A DNA stretch of 64,000 nucleotides from positions 674,198 through 738,197 of the forward strand of contig OZ245834.1 in the NCBI GenBank assembly GCA_965228725.1, in the 5' to 3' direction. This DNA comes from an uncultured Pseudohongiella sp. Its GTDB lineage: Bacteria; Pseudomonadota; Gammaproteobacteria; Pseudomonadales; Pseudohongiellaceae. Of the stretch, positions 51,608 through 62,370 are shown piece by piece. Under the pieces are notes generated by a model. It saw only the letters and a program-made list of their open reading frames with translations. It made no database searches and was not told the origin of the DNA. Every line of letters starts with the position of its first letter. Position 1 is the first letter of the stretch. A program made the position numbers and the translations under genes.

Positions 51608-52132
51608 ATGGTCACGATGCAGCAAGCAGAACACGCCCTACTCACCTTCGCACAGGACTCTGGCATCTATGCCTTTATGCATTCCCCCTGGGGTTGGCCT
51701 ACGATCGAGTCGTTGCACTTCGTCGGGCTGTGCCTGTTGCTGGGCACAGTAGGTGTCTTCGATTTACGTCTCTTGGGTGTCGGGCGCGGCATCAGCTACC
51801 AACAGCTCCATGCATTGGTGCCGTATGGCGTGATTGGCTTTATTCTTAATGTGATTACTGGCACCTTCTTCGTTGTTTCAGCGCCCGATCAGTATCTCTA
51901 CAACCCTGCCTGGCTGAGCAAGATCACTCTGATGCTGGTCGCTGGCGGCAATTTACTGTTGTTCTATGCATTCATGGCACGCGTCGTGCGCCGTACCGAT
52001 GCTGTCAGTGCCGTACCTGCGACAGCAAAAATCATGGCCGCAGTTTCCCTGACCGCCTGGTGCGGGATCATTGTTGCCGGGCGGCTCATTACTTACTATC
52101 GCCCACCCTATCACTGGTGTGTTCTTTGTTAA
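51608..52132 (+). CDS. membrane protein (hypothetical)
   Basis: 174 aa, 4 hydrophobic helices. Paralogous in outline to the preceding ORF. Confidence 0.55.
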   Translation: MVTMQQAEHALLTFAQDSGIYAFMHSPWGWPTIESLHFVGLCLLLGTVGVFDLRLLGVGRGISYQQLHALVPYGVIGFILNVITGTFFVVSAPDQYLYNPAWLSKITLMLVAGGNLLLFYAFMARVVRRTDAVSAVPATAKIMAAVSLTAWCGIIVAGRLITYYRPPYHWCVLC

Positions 52133-52260
52133 TTGCATACTGCCTGATGCGAACTGCCCTCGCTGCCCAGCCCTGTTGTTGGAGGCCATTCTGCACTAAA
52201 ATTCGCAGTAATTTTTCTGACCAACAATCAGCCTCGTCGACAACGAATTCATCGAAACGC

Positions 52261-53025
52261 ATGTTAACTAGCAAAGAATACTCTCTGGGCCGCTTCCATA
52301 TCCGCATCAACTGGTTGATTGCTGCGTGCGTAGCGATCACTGCCATCACACTGGGTCGTCTCGGCATCTGGCAACTCGACCGCGCCGCAGAGAAAGTCGC
52401 TGCTCAGGAAGAACTCCGCGCTGAACTGCAAGAGAATGCCCCGGCGATTCAGGACATTAGTCCTAGCGAACTGACACCAGCCAATCCGACGCTACAAAAC
52501 CGCCATGTCACCCTGCAGGGCGAATACCTCAATGAGCGCACGATTCTGTTGCCAGGCGAATTCTTCGATGGCCAGATCGGCTACGGCGTCGTGACACCAT
52601 TTCGTCTCGAAGAAACCGGCGAACTGGTGCTGGTAAGCCGGGGCTGGACGACAGGCATCCTGCCGCCTGATACACCACCCTATCTGAACCCGGTAGATGG
52701 GGCAGTCGAAATAGCCGGACAGATCTATGTTCCCGATGGCAATGCCCGTGTCATCGCCAGTGAAATTGATCCCAATGTGTGGCCACTGCGCATGCGCAGC
52801 CTGGAAATCGATATCGTCGCCGACATACTCGGCGAAGCGGTCTTCCCGTTCGAAGTGCGCATCACAGAAGGACAGGCTGGCACGCTCGTACGCCATTGGC
52901 CGGCGGTTAACGTCGACGTGAACCAGAATCTCTTCTATGCCGTCCAATGGTTCAGTTTTGCCCTAATCGTTGTTTTCGCGGCGGTGCTGGCAAGCAGCAA
53001 TCTCTGGCAGTTGATGAAAGAGTAG
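52261..53025 (+). CDS. SURF1-family (cytochrome oxidase assembly) protein
   Basis: LGRLGIWQLDRAAEK, GYGVVTPFRL..G..VLVSRGW, C-terminal TM YAVQWFSFALIV. Confidence 0.8.
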   Translation: MLTSKEYSLGRFHIRINWLIAACVAITAITLGRLGIWQLDRAAEKVAAQEELRAELQENAPAIQDISPSELTPANPTLQNRHVTLQGEYLNERTILLPGEFFDGQIGYGVVTPFRLEETGELVLVSRGWTTGILPPDTPPYLNPVDGAVEIAGQIYVPDGNARVIASEIDPNVWPLRMRSLEIDIVADILGEAVFPFEVRITEGQAGTLVRHWPAVNVDVNQNLFYAVQWFSFALIVVFAAVLASSNLWQLMKE

Positions 53026-53247
53026 TCCTGCCCACGGGGCTCAGCGCGCTGGGGTATTCCAGAGTTCGCATACGCGGAATCCTGCCGCATTCCAATGCGA
53101 TCTGCATTCAAAAATAAATTCATTAGTGCTACCGTTCTGGTCACAGGCGATTGACCTGTCACTGACTTGCACCACGCTATTGATGAAAAATAGATGATCG
53201 ATAGCAGAACAACAAAAGCAACCAGGATCGCAGCGAGTGAAGCCACT

Positions 53248-54222
53248 ATGAATCAAGCAGTAATCCGTAATCTTTGCGTACCGTTTACCCGTTCCTCAAA
53301 ATTTCCAAACTCTCTACTCAGCGCACTGCTTTTGTTCCTGTCGATGGGTACAGTGTTCGTCTCATCCGAGGTACTGGGTCAAACCTATCGCGCCGGGCAG
53401 CATGTTGAACCCGCCTACGAAGGCTGGCGAGAGAACGAGGATGGCACTTTCAGTTTCATGTTTGGCTACATGAACGAGAACTGGGAAGAAACACCCTTTG
53501 TGCCAGTCGGGGACAATAATTTCTTTTCGCCGGGTGACGCGGACCGAGGCCAACCAACGAAGTTCCTCCCGCGCCGTAACCGCTTTAACTTTGAAGTCAC
53601 CGTACCTGCGGACTGGGGTGATCGGGAGCTGGTCTGGACCCTGAACGTCAATGGTGTGGAACGCAGGGCCTATGCCACACTAAGACAAGACTATCTGGTC
53701 GACAATATGGTGATCGCCTCAGAGACTGGCTCACTCGGTGCCGGCACTTCCAGTCCGGAGTCCCGCGCTAACGTGCCTCCTGTGGTCACCATTGAGGGCG
53801 ACATGGTACGCAGCGCCCGCGTGGGCGAGCCAATCACCCTGCGCGCGCACGTCTGGGACGATGGACTGCCTGAACCGAGCCGCGAGCCAACCATCGCGCC
53901 CGATGCCTTTCAGGCGCGTCTGATGCGACCGCCCAGCCGCGTTACCGTGGGCAAAGTGAATGGTCTCTTTCTGTCCTGGAATATCTATCGCGGAGACGGT
54001 GAAGTCACTATCGACCCGCCCCTGCCGAAACCCTGGGAAGACACCCGCACTTCAGCCAATTCTCCCTGGGGCGCGTTATGGCTACCTCCTGAGCAGCCAG
54101 AAGATGGTGTCTGGGAAGTCACTGCCACGTTCGACCGACCCGGCAGTTATATCCTGTGGGGGCGAGCCGATGATGGCGGCCTGTATCACGATGCGTATAT
54201 CACTGTGCACGTAAGTGAATAG
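53248..54222 (+). CDS. secreted hypothetical protein
   Basis: Signal-anchor LLSALLLFLSMGTVFVSSEVLGQ. 324 aa counted from ATG 53248. Confidence 0.55.
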   Translation: MNQAVIRNLCVPFTRSSKFPNSLLSALLLFLSMGTVFVSSEVLGQTYRAGQHVEPAYEGWRENEDGTFSFMFGYMNENWEETPFVPVGDNNFFSPGDADRGQPTKFLPRRNRFNFEVTVPADWGDRELVWTLNVNGVERRAYATLRQDYLVDNMVIASETGSLGAGTSSPESRANVPPVVTIEGDMVRSARVGEPITLRAHVWDDGLPEPSREPTIAPDAFQARLMRPPSRVTVGKVNGLFLSWNIYRGDGEVTIDPPLPKPWEDTRTSANSPWGALWLPPEQPEDGVWEVTATFDRPGSYILWGRADDGGLYHDAYITVHVSE

Positions 54223-54377
54223 GATGTGGCCTGCGTTTTGCGCAGGATGGACTAACGGTTGAGCAACAAGGGCGGTTGATCCGCCCTTCGCTTGCTCGGT
54301 GAATTTACGATCAGGGTTATCGGAGAAGTTCGCTCGACACTATTAACTGACGCATCTTGTAGCTGGCGTAACTGGCG

Positions 54378-54980
54378 CTAATTGCGATCGTCATTGTCGA
54401 GACGGATAGTAAACGGTGGATCGAAGCGCGGTGGATCCTGATCGAGAATTATCTGCGTTGGTGGTGGCGCGACATAGCGAATCGATGGATCCCCATAGCG
54501 TTCTTCCAGTAGCAATTCCTGCGCTCGCCTGATGGCTGAAGGCGCTTCTGCATCAGGCCCAAATGCGAAGCTGAAGCTGCCGCGAATCAACTGGTCATTC
54601 CTACCGAGAATCGCCCAGTCGGCAGTATAATAATTCGCCTGCTGCAATCCCGGGAGTTGCCAGACGAAATCCTGACCCGGGCGCGGGTTGTAGCGAAAAT
54701 CGATATCAATCCAGTCTCTGTTTTCGGTGTGCAAAGTCAGCTTGACCAGACGTACGCGCTCGGGAAATCGCAGAGCCAATTGATCTGGCGGAGTCGTCAG
54801 TACTGCGTCGTCGCTTGGGATAGTCTCGGTGGCAGCGAGCAAGTCACTGCCCGCTAAAACGTGCAAGCTGCCCCCCTGGGCTGGCTGCTGTGCAAACACA
54901 CCCTGCAGGGACAATAGACTCGCCAGGCACACTAAGGCACACAGACTCGCTGTGAGCTTTGAGTTGCCTGACCCATGCAT
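54378..54980 (-). CDS. CopC-like domain protein (divergent)
   Basis: Signal peptide. P.D.AVLTTPPDQLALRFPERVRLVKLTL...YTADWAILGRNDQLIRGSFSFAF parallels the CopC layout but lacks DGH. Confidence 0.45.
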   Translation of the reverse strand: MHGSGNSKLTASLCALVCLASLLSLQGVFAQQPAQGGSLHVLAGSDLLAATETIPSDDAVLTTPPDQLALRFPERVRLVKLTLHTENRDWIDIDFRYNPRPGQDFVWQLPGLQQANYYTADWAILGRNDQLIRGSFSFAFGPDAEAPSAIRRAQELLLEERYGDPSIRYVAPPPTQIILDQDPPRFDPPFTIRLDNDDRN

Positions 54981-55092
54981 GCTGCTACACACTGAAATCT
55001 CTCGAATCATAACCATGCTACTAACTGCAATTCACAGTGAAATACGAAACAATTCGTGGCCTATAATGCCCGTCTAAGGTCAAGCATAGCAC

Positions 55093-55935
55093 ATGCTGGT
55101 GACCGAGAAACACGAAGGAGACGTGATAGAAATGGATGCCAACTCGATGAATACCCTGCTACAGAATCTGCTCAACAGCGATAGCAATCGCACTGCGTTC
55201 GATGAGACCTGGACACAGGGGCGCTCTGCCTTTGGTGGCCTGTCTGCAGCGTTTGCTGTTACCTCGATGCGCAAGACGCTGGGCAGCCCTCTCCCTCTGC
55301 GTTCCCTTATGGTCTCGTTCATCGCGCCATTGCCCAGTGGTGAAATCGAGGCGCAGGCCACGATCCAGCGTCAGGGCAAGAATGTGACCCAGATGAGTAG
55401 CTCGGTCTACTCGTCGGGCAATTTGTGTTTGCAGGCCATGGCAGCTTTCGGGCACTCACGCGATGAGTTAGTGGTACCCGCCGCGCGCGCCGAGACTGTT
55501 CCCCGTGGCAATGGCATTCAGATCGCCGATCACGCAAGAAGACTGCCGGCTTTTCTTGGCTACTTCGAAGGTGAGTGGGTGAGTCAGGGGCTTCCTTTCT
55601 CTGGCCAGAAGAGCACCGAATTGCAGATGTGGGTACGCCATCGCAGCGAGATGAAGGATTTTGCGGCCGAAAAACTGGTCGCTATCGCCGACATCCCACC
55701 ACCGGTTGTCCTGTCATTCTTTGACACCCCACCGGTCCCCGCCAGCTCGCTAACCTGGTCCCTGGAGTTTGTGATCTCACCGGAAAAAGTCGAGAGTGAC
55801 TGGTTTTATCTGGATTTTACGGCCGAAGCCGCTGCCGAGGGCTACACGCAGCAATCGGGCCGCATCTATACAGAGGATGGGCAGCTCTGTGCGCTGACGC
55901 GGCAGTGCATGGTCTATTTCGGCAATCGGGGATAA
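55093..55935 (+). CDS. acyl-CoA thioesterase (TesB-like double hotdog)
   Basis: GRSAFGGLSAAFAV... and C-terminal ...GRIYTEDGQLCALTRQ pattern. Confidence 0.65.
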   Translation: MLVTEKHEGDVIEMDANSMNTLLQNLLNSDSNRTAFDETWTQGRSAFGGLSAAFAVTSMRKTLGSPLPLRSLMVSFIAPLPSGEIEAQATIQRQGKNVTQMSSSVYSSGNLCLQAMAAFGHSRDELVVPAARAETVPRGNGIQIADHARRLPAFLGYFEGEWVSQGLPFSGQKSTELQMWVRHRSEMKDFAAEKLVAIADIPPPVVLSFFDTPPVPASSLTWSLEFVISPEKVESDWFYLDFTAEAAAEGYTQQSGRIYTEDGQLCALTRQCMVYFGNRG

Positions 55936-56056
55936 TAGAAAAATTCAGGCTATTGCCGACTACGGCACACCAGGCAAAGTAACAGACCCAGGCTCAAACC
56001 CGCCTCTGCAATTAGCTGGCAACTACTTGGTAGTTGCTGGGTAGTTACTGGGTGGG

Positions 56057-56794
56057 TTACTTGAAGGTAAAGCCCTGCCCGGCCAGGAACTCTTTCATAT
56101 GGGGACGGGACTTTTCTGCCAACAGCTTGGCCACCTGCTCAGTCCACTTGGTCCCATGGCCGCCGCCGGTGCGCGTGCGATAGTACTCCTGCACCGCCGC
56201 ATCATAGGCCGCGATCGCCTCCCGGTCGCCCTCTTCGTTATACACTTCCTGTTTCAGTATCACTGACTCGGGAAGACGCGGTTTGCACTCCGGATCCTGA
56301 TCGGGATACCCAAGGCACAGTCCGAAAACCGGGTATACACCCTTCGGCAATTCAAGCAATTCGGAAACCGGGCCCGGATTGTTTCGGATGCCTCCGATGT
56401 AGCAGATGCCCAGACCTACCGCTTCGGCGGCCGTCACCAGCGACTGCGCCATGAGCGCAACATCAACCGTCGCGATAATGAAATGTTCGGTGTAATCGCC
56501 TTCGAATTCCATCTGGTATTCGCGACAGTAATTCCCGGGCCGTTTGAGGTCTGCGCAGAAAACCAAAAACTCGGCCGCCGTCTCAACATAGGCCTGATTA
56601 CCTGCGAGCTTGGCCAGTTGGGCACGTGACTCAGGCTTGCTCACGCGGATAATGGTGCTGCCTTGCAAAAAACTGGACGTGGCTGCCGATTGACCAGCTC
56701 GAATGAGTTCGGAAAATAATTCAGGGGCGATTTTCTGGTCAGTAAATTTGCGAATGCTGCGGTGAGATTTCAGCAGATCTATAACGGGATGCAT
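56057..56794 (-). CDS. nfsA: oxygen-insensitive NADPH nitroreductase
   Basis: LLKSHRSIRKFTDQ N-terminus, 245 aa, NfsA-type pattern throughout. Confidence 0.85.
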   Translation of the reverse strand: MHPVIDLLKSHRSIRKFTDQKIAPELFSELIRAGQSAATSSFLQGSTIIRVSKPESRAQLAKLAGNQAYVETAAEFLVFCADLKRPGNYCREYQMEFEGDYTEHFIIATVDVALMAQSLVTAAEAVGLGICYIGGIRNNPGPVSELLELPKGVYPVFGLCLGYPDQDPECKPRLPESVILKQEVYNEEGDREAIAAYDAAVQEYYRTRTGGGHGTKWTEQVAKLLAEKSRPHMKEFLAGQGFTFK

Positions 56795-56832
56795 AAACGG
56801 TCCGATCGGGAGTGGGTTACTGGTTCGGCGAA

Positions 56833-58011
56833 TTAGTCGGCGGAGCCTGCGGTGTTCAGCAGCAGGTCATTAAGGAAATTCGGCACGACATCGTTGGCGA
56901 GATTCGATTCGCCGTTGAACATCAGCACCATACCAATATTGGCATCTGGGACAAAGACCATTTCCGAGCGGTAACCACGGACGCCGCCGCCATGATGAAC
57001 GGCGCGCACGCCTTTGAAATCCAACACGCGCCAGCCGATGCCGTAATAGGCCTTTTCCAGACCCGACCAGCGATTGAAATAGTTGCCATAAGGCGTGCCG
57101 ATTACGGGGCTGTGCATCTCTGCCAGTAACTCAGGAGGCAAGACATCCGGGAAAGCGCCCAGATTGGCCCGCAACCACTGTGTCATGTCCATCAAGCTGG
57201 CATTAATACCGGAGGCCGGGGCGACGCTGTAGTACGCCGCGTTGATGCTGGTCTTACGCCAGCCATCACGCACCTTGCGATGTGGAGCTGTGACCGAGTC
57301 GGATTGATAATACCCATCGAGGCCCAGACTCGCGGTCACCATGCCCAGCGGGCGAAACAACTTGTCTTCGAGATAGCGGGCGTAGCTCTCGCCGCTACGT
57401 TGTTCGATAACATCCCCAACCAGCGAGAACACAACGTTCTGGTAGCCATAGCAATCACCCGGCGCGCACACGGTCGGGATCTGGTTGAACTTGCCCTTGA
57501 TGTCGGCGTAATCCACTCCGGCATCCAGCATGTTGGAATAGGAATGCGGCATCAGGCCCGTTGAATGGCTTATGACATGGCGCAGATTAATGCTGTGCGA
57601 GTTGGCGGATGACCCCAATTGCATTTCCGGAAAATAGTCGCTGAGCAGTGTATCCCAGGATTCCTGCTGCTCGTGCACCAGCTTGGCAGTCGCCGCGCCG
57701 GCAAAAGTCTTGGACATGGAGGCAATGCGGAACACCGAATTGACCCCGACTCGATCCGCGGTGCCCGCTTCGCGGACGCCCCAGGTGCGCATGGTATGAA
57801 TTCCATCACGGGAAACAATGCCCAGTGCGACTCCCGGAATGCCGCGCTCTTTCGCCGCGCCATCCAGCCAGGTGATGAAATCGATAAAATTGTAGTTGTA
57901 GTGGCGGGTCGGGATTAGCGCCTGACCAGACTCATCGATCGGTCCGGCAACGAGCTGAGCCGAGGACAATGCAGCACTGCTGACAATGACTAGCGCTGGC
58001 AGTTGCGCCAT
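56833..58011 (-). CDS. serine hydrolase, beta-lactamase (class C/esterase) family
   Basis: SxxK motif SMSKTF, later YSN, signal peptide from M at 58011. Confidence 0.85.
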   Translation of the reverse strand: MAQLPALVIVSSAALSSAQLVAGPIDESGQALIPTRHYNYNFIDFITWLDGAAKERGIPGVALGIVSRDGIHTMRTWGVREAGTADRVGVNSVFRIASMSKTFAGAATAKLVHEQQESWDTLLSDYFPEMQLGSSANSHSINLRHVISHSTGLMPHSYSNMLDAGVDYADIKGKFNQIPTVCAPGDCYGYQNVVFSLVGDVIEQRSGESYARYLEDKLFRPLGMVTASLGLDGYYQSDSVTAPHRKVRDGWRKTSINAAYYSVAPASGINASLMDMTQWLRANLGAFPDVLPPELLAEMHSPVIGTPYGNYFNRWSGLEKAYYGIGWRVLDFKGVRAVHHGGGVRGYRSEMVFVPDANIGMVLMFNGESNLANDVVPNFLNDLLLNTAGSAD

Positions 58012-58234
58012 GAAGGCCTTGCCAGGCTTCAGGCATGACTGCAAAAAAAGCTTTAAGTAATTACTGTAACTCACTGATCGCACTAAAGACTTCGTTCAGA
58101 TACTTCAGAAATGTGACGCGGATTTTACCGCTGCGGTGGAAAAGTACCACGCTGCCCTGCCCTGTGGAAGCAGTGATCCGAGACACAGATTCTGCTGCGA
58201 GTTCTCAAAGCTCAGCGCGACCACTTGTTAGCAT

Positions 58235-58264
58235 AAAAAAAGCCGACTCACGGGAAGCCTTGGC
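58235..58264 (-). terminator. hairpin plus T7 run on the minus strand
   Basis: Minus strand reads gccaaggcttcccgtgagtcggc-ttttttt. The stem is short and imperfect. Confidence 0.3.
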
Positions 58265-58427
58265 ATGGATGTGTTCTGACCTGTGTACATTGCTGAGTGC
58301 GTTACAGGGCGCGGACAAACCGGTCCAGGGCTTCCCACTAAGTCGGCCAAGCGGGGGCACAATTTAGGAGTACTGAGTCAGGGCTGCTGAGGCGGTGCGC
58401 GCAAAGGCTCCAGACGCTCCGGTCAGA

Positions 58428-58455
58428 AGCGCGCAGGCGCAACAGCCTGCGCGCT
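58428..58455 (-). terminator. 11-bp GC-rich perfect hairpin 9 nt downstream of the protease stop
   Basis: agcgcgcaggc-gcaaca-gcctgcgcgct. No U-tract. Confidence 0.3.
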
Positions 58456-58463
58456 CAGCCCTG

Positions 58464-59876
58464 TCAGGGAACAAAGAGCAGCAACCTGCGACCTTCACGA
58501 AGCACGGTGAGCGCCGCGAGTCTTTCGCTGTCACCCAGCGCACTGTTGAATTGTTCCAGCCCATTGATGGCACGGCGATTGACCTCGATGATCACATCCT
58601 CGGCTTGCAAGCCGGCTGCTGCTGCAGGGCTCCCTGCCTGAACAGAAAGCACCAGCACGCCAGCAGCAGCCCGGTCTGACTCAGCGGCTGCCAGAGAACG
58701 GAGCTCCGCTCCCCGGAATCCACTGGCGGTAGTCTCTTCGTCATTACTCGCAATCGCGTTACCTTCCGGGCCACCAATCACTGCGTCCAGCTCCATTGCC
58801 CGCCCATTGCGATACAGGCGCAGGCTTACTTCTTCTCCGCGACGCAGCAATCCCACGGTATTGCGCAGATCACTGGAACTCGTAATCTCTTCACCATTGA
58901 GCTCGACAATGACATCAGAGACCTCGATGCCTGCGAGTTCAGCAGCGCTGCCAGACATCACACTGGTCACCAACGCACCGGCGTTCAGGTCCACATCCAG
59001 CGCCTCGGCTACCTGCGGATTGATATCGGTAATCGTGACGCCCAGAAGACCTCGGCGCACCTCGCCATCCCGCTCCAGGTGACCGACTACTGAAGACACC
59101 ATATCTACCGGCACCGCGAAACCAATGCCGTTGGAGCCGCCATTGCCACTGATAATGGCCGTGTTGATGCCGATCAGGCGCCCTTCCAGGTCAACCAACG
59201 CACCTCCTGAATTACCCATGTTGATGGCCGCGTCAGTCTGGATAAAGTCCTCGTAGTTGTTGCGGTTAAGACCCGTGCGACCGAGTGCACTAACGATGCC
59301 GGAAGTCACTGTCTGGCCGATGCCAAATGGATTGCCGATGGCGACGACATAATCTCCAACTGCCACGGTCTCGACGTCAGCAAAGGGAATATCAGCCAGG
59401 CCGTCTGCCTCAATGCGCAGTAGCGCCACATCGGTGTTCTCATCACTGCCCAGCAATTCCGCCTCAAAGGTCCGGCCGTCATGTAATTGCACGGAAATGG
59501 TCGCAGCACTGTCGACCACGTGGTGATTGGTCACGATCAGGCCGCTATCGGCATCGACAATGACGCCGGAACCCGCACCCGTTGCATAGGGGCGCTGCCG
59601 ATACTCCTGCTCCGACTCTGGGCCCCGGGGAAAGTAGCGGCGCAGTTGTTCGGGCAACTCTTCGCCGTTAAAGAAATAGCGCGATGTCGTCGGCAAAGTC
59701 TTGGCTACCCGGATACTAACTACGGCCGGCGTAACACCCTCCAGCATCGGCGCGAGACTCGGCAGTCCTGCCAGCTTCGCCTCATCGCTAATCGCCAGAG
59801 ACTGGGACGCGACACCAGCCAGTGCCGTGCATAGTGCGGCAATCTTCAGGTGTTTGACCAAAATGTGAAATCTCAT
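58464..59876 (-). CDS. periplasmic serine endoprotease, DegP/DegQ (HtrA) family with two PDZ domains
   Basis: Signal peptide, TNHHVV, D..LL, GNSGGALV catalytic motifs, two PDZ-like segments. Confidence 0.9.
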   Translation of the reverse strand: MRFHILVKHLKIAALCTALAGVASQSLAISDEAKLAGLPSLAPMLEGVTPAVVSIRVAKTLPTTSRYFFNGEELPEQLRRYFPRGPESEQEYRQRPYATGAGSGVIVDADSGLIVTNHHVVDSAATISVQLHDGRTFEAELLGSDENTDVALLRIEADGLADIPFADVETVAVGDYVVAIGNPFGIGQTVTSGIVSALGRTGLNRNNYEDFIQTDAAINMGNSGGALVDLEGRLIGINTAIISGNGGSNGIGFAVPVDMVSSVVGHLERDGEVRRGLLGVTITDINPQVAEALDVDLNAGALVTSVMSGSAAELAGIEVSDVIVELNGEEITSSSDLRNTVGLLRRGEEVSLRLYRNGRAMELDAVIGGPEGNAIASNDEETTASGFRGAELRSLAAAESDRAAAGVLVLSVQAGSPAAAAGLQAEDVIIEVNRRAINGLEQFNSALGDSERLAALTVLREGRRLLLFVP

Positions 59877-60238
59877 TGCACCTACCTCATTGTGAATACT
59901 CTTCAATCGGTTTACAGCCGCTTTTTACAGGCTGCGATGGCAAGCAATGTAGAGCCACGAACGGTGAATTACCTGAAATTGCGGTGAACTTAATGTCCAG
60001 AAAAGCTGCAGATGGAGAAAATGCCAATCAGGCGGGTCTACTATCAGGTAATCTCGCCGATGGATCAGAAGTAGGTTCAGACAGGGACGCTGGAGTAACC
60101 ATTTGTGCTACTGATCGTCAAATAGAACACAAAGGCTAAAAACGCTGGCCAAGACTTGAAAATTCTGCCAGCAACCACATTAACAATAACTAGCAAGCTA
60201 CTGTAATCCAAGGTTTTAGTGACCAGATTGTATAGATT

Positions 60239-61363
60239 ATGGGGGATGTCATGACCAGTTCGGAACTTCACTCACCAACGCATCAGCAGGGCAAGAAGGA
60301 TGCTCGTCACGCTGTCTTGCTCAAGCCCTTTCGGCTCGCCGGCTGGCTGGTCGAACCAGCCCTGAACCGGATAAGCCATGCTCAGGCCGGTGAGAGGCAT
60401 CTGGAACCGCGTCTGATGAAACTGCTCTGCTATCTCGCTGCCAATCAGGGCGAGGTGCTGGCACGAGAGGAACTGGTAGCGGAACTCTGGCCACACGTGA
60501 TCGTGAATGAAAACTCCCTGACCCGCGCCGTGTCCGAATTGCGCAAACATCTGACTCATGAGCAACTGGATACCCGAGACCTAATTCAGACGGTACCTAA
60601 ACGCGGCTATCTCCTGACCGGAAGAGTAGTACAGGCACAGCCGCTCACGCAGACGGAATCCGTGACTGCCGACCCAGTCGTTGTGACAGACTCTGCAACA
60701 GAGTCAGGCACTGCCGCACGCCTCTCAAACAAGCCCTGGAGCTTGCTGCAGCAACCTCTGGCAGCCGCCAGCAGCGCCGCTGCGCTTAGTATTTGCCTCA
60801 CTCTGGCAATCGGCTTCGATATCAGCCGCTCTGAGACCGCGGACACTCCCCTGCTCAGCCTGTGGCAGGATGAACTCATTCCCAGTGACGAGCCACTGTA
60901 TGGCGCTGAGATCAGCCTCAGCGCCGCCTGGTCAGAGACCTTGCCAGCCGGCACCATCGAAAAGCCCGCCGTTGCGGCTGATGGCGAACGATTTGCATTT
61001 ATCAAACACGATTTAATGGGGTCTGCGATCTATCTGGGTGAACTGAATTCGGAAGAAAGCCCGATGCTGGTATTCCAGGGGCCCTGCGAGATAAGCAATT
61101 TGACCTGGTCACCGCTGGGCGATGCCCTGTTGTTCGCTCGGGAACCGATGCTCACACCGGCAGCGCTGTTCAATGCCCATGCCAATGGGCAGACTACGAG
61201 GGAGCTGTTCAGCCTGAACCTGTCAACACTGGAGCTGAGCAAGCTGGTGGAAGATACGGCATCTGACGCCGAGCAGGAAACCCCTGCCGCCAGCCTGACC
61301 TATGCACCGCTCGATAAGGCTTCCGAGCAAGCCCCTGCAGAGAAAGCGATCGCTCCGGTCTAG
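60239..61363 (+). CDS. CadC/ToxR-like membrane-anchored winged-helix transcriptional regulator
   Basis: OmpR-type wHTH (LEPRLMKLLCYLAANQGEVLAREELVAELW...ENSLTRAVSELRKHL...IQTVPKRGYLL), one TM, periplasmic domain. Confidence 0.75.
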   Translation: MGDVMTSSELHSPTHQQGKKDARHAVLLKPFRLAGWLVEPALNRISHAQAGERHLEPRLMKLLCYLAANQGEVLAREELVAELWPHVIVNENSLTRAVSELRKHLTHEQLDTRDLIQTVPKRGYLLTGRVVQAQPLTQTESVTADPVVVTDSATESGTAARLSNKPWSLLQQPLAAASSAAALSICLTLAIGFDISRSETADTPLLSLWQDELIPSDEPLYGAEISLSAAWSETLPAGTIEKPAVAADGERFAFIKHDLMGSAIYLGELNSEESPMLVFQGPCEISNLTWSPLGDALLFAREPMLTPAALFNAHANGQTTRELFSLNLSTLELSKLVEDTASDAEQETPAASLTYAPLDKASEQAPAEKAIAPV

Positions 61364-61382
61364 GGAACCTCTGATTCATTCC

Positions 61383-62321
61383 CTATGCGTGCGCGGCGGG
61401 TCCCACCAGCGTCGACAAGTAGGCAGTGACGAGCAGAATCAGAACAGCGAGCACGCCTTCCAGACGTATAGACTTCGCCAGTTTGTCCGCTGCCGATGTG
61501 GCCTGATAGTGGGTTTGCTGCAGTGCCGGCACCAGGGTAAAGCGATTCGCTGCCGCCACTGCTATCAGCCCCGCGACCAGCGCGAATTTCACGGTAAGTG
61601 AGAGACCATACGGCGTCTGCAGTAATTCACCGGGCGTTTCCAGTAACTGCCACACCATTAGTGCGCCTGCCAGCACCAGCACAGCCAGCATCAGCCGGGC
61701 GTGATCACCGAAGCGGGCCATCATCCAGTGCAGATCACTCGCCTCCAGGCGCCTGCTCAACCAGTACAGCGGCAACAGGGAACCAATCCAGCAAGCGAAG
61801 GCGATCACATGTAAAGCTATGGCCAGTTGCCCACTCGTGCCGAGCACAGCCACATGACCACTCATCTGGAAGCTGCCTGCCAGGATGATTAATGCCATCG
61901 CCAGCGGCAACAGGATAAGCCGCAATTGCTGGCGTGTCGGTGGCCGCGTGAGCCTGGCGCAGCGGCTCAGGCCCCAGGCAAGACTGATCATGGCCAGCGT
62001 GAAACCTAACAGACGCCACACAGTGCTTTCGCCTTGCGGGGTGTCCAGCAGGAGCTGAATCATGCCAAAGTCGAACATGCCGGCGAGGCCATTCCCGCTG
62101 ATCATGCCTACCTGGATAAGGTAATTAAACAGCACGCCCTGAAATCCGATCACTGCCCCGAGCAAGCCATACATCTGCAGGCCTTGCACAGTTTGGCGGC
62201 TGCCATCGTTATAGAGCGAGAGATTAAGCAGACAGCCCATGACGGAACACAGACCAGTATAGAGTGCCAGTTTGCAAAGCAGACTGGCCAGCTCCCAACT
62301 TGAAGGAATGACGAAAGACAC
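61383..62321 (-). CDS. copD: copper resistance protein D family membrane protein
   Basis: About 8 TM helices, directly downstream of copC on the same strand. Confidence 0.8.
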   Translation of the reverse strand: MSFVIPSSWELASLLCKLALYTGLCSVMGCLLNLSLYNDGSRQTVQGLQMYGLLGAVIGFQGVLFNYLIQVGMISGNGLAGMFDFGMIQLLLDTPQGESTVWRLLGFTLAMISLAWGLSRCARLTRPPTRQQLRLILLPLAMALIILAGSFQMSGHVAVLGTSGQLAIALHVIAFACWIGSLLPLYWLSRRLEASDLHWMMARFGDHARLMLAVLVLAGALMVWQLLETPGELLQTPYGLSLTVKFALVAGLIAVAAANRFTLVPALQQTHYQATSAADKLAKSIRLEGVLAVLILLVTAYLSTLVGPAAHA

Positions 62322-62370
62322 AGTAAGGGAGTGGCTGGTCAGAACGGATCTGACCAGCTAGCAGAATCGG

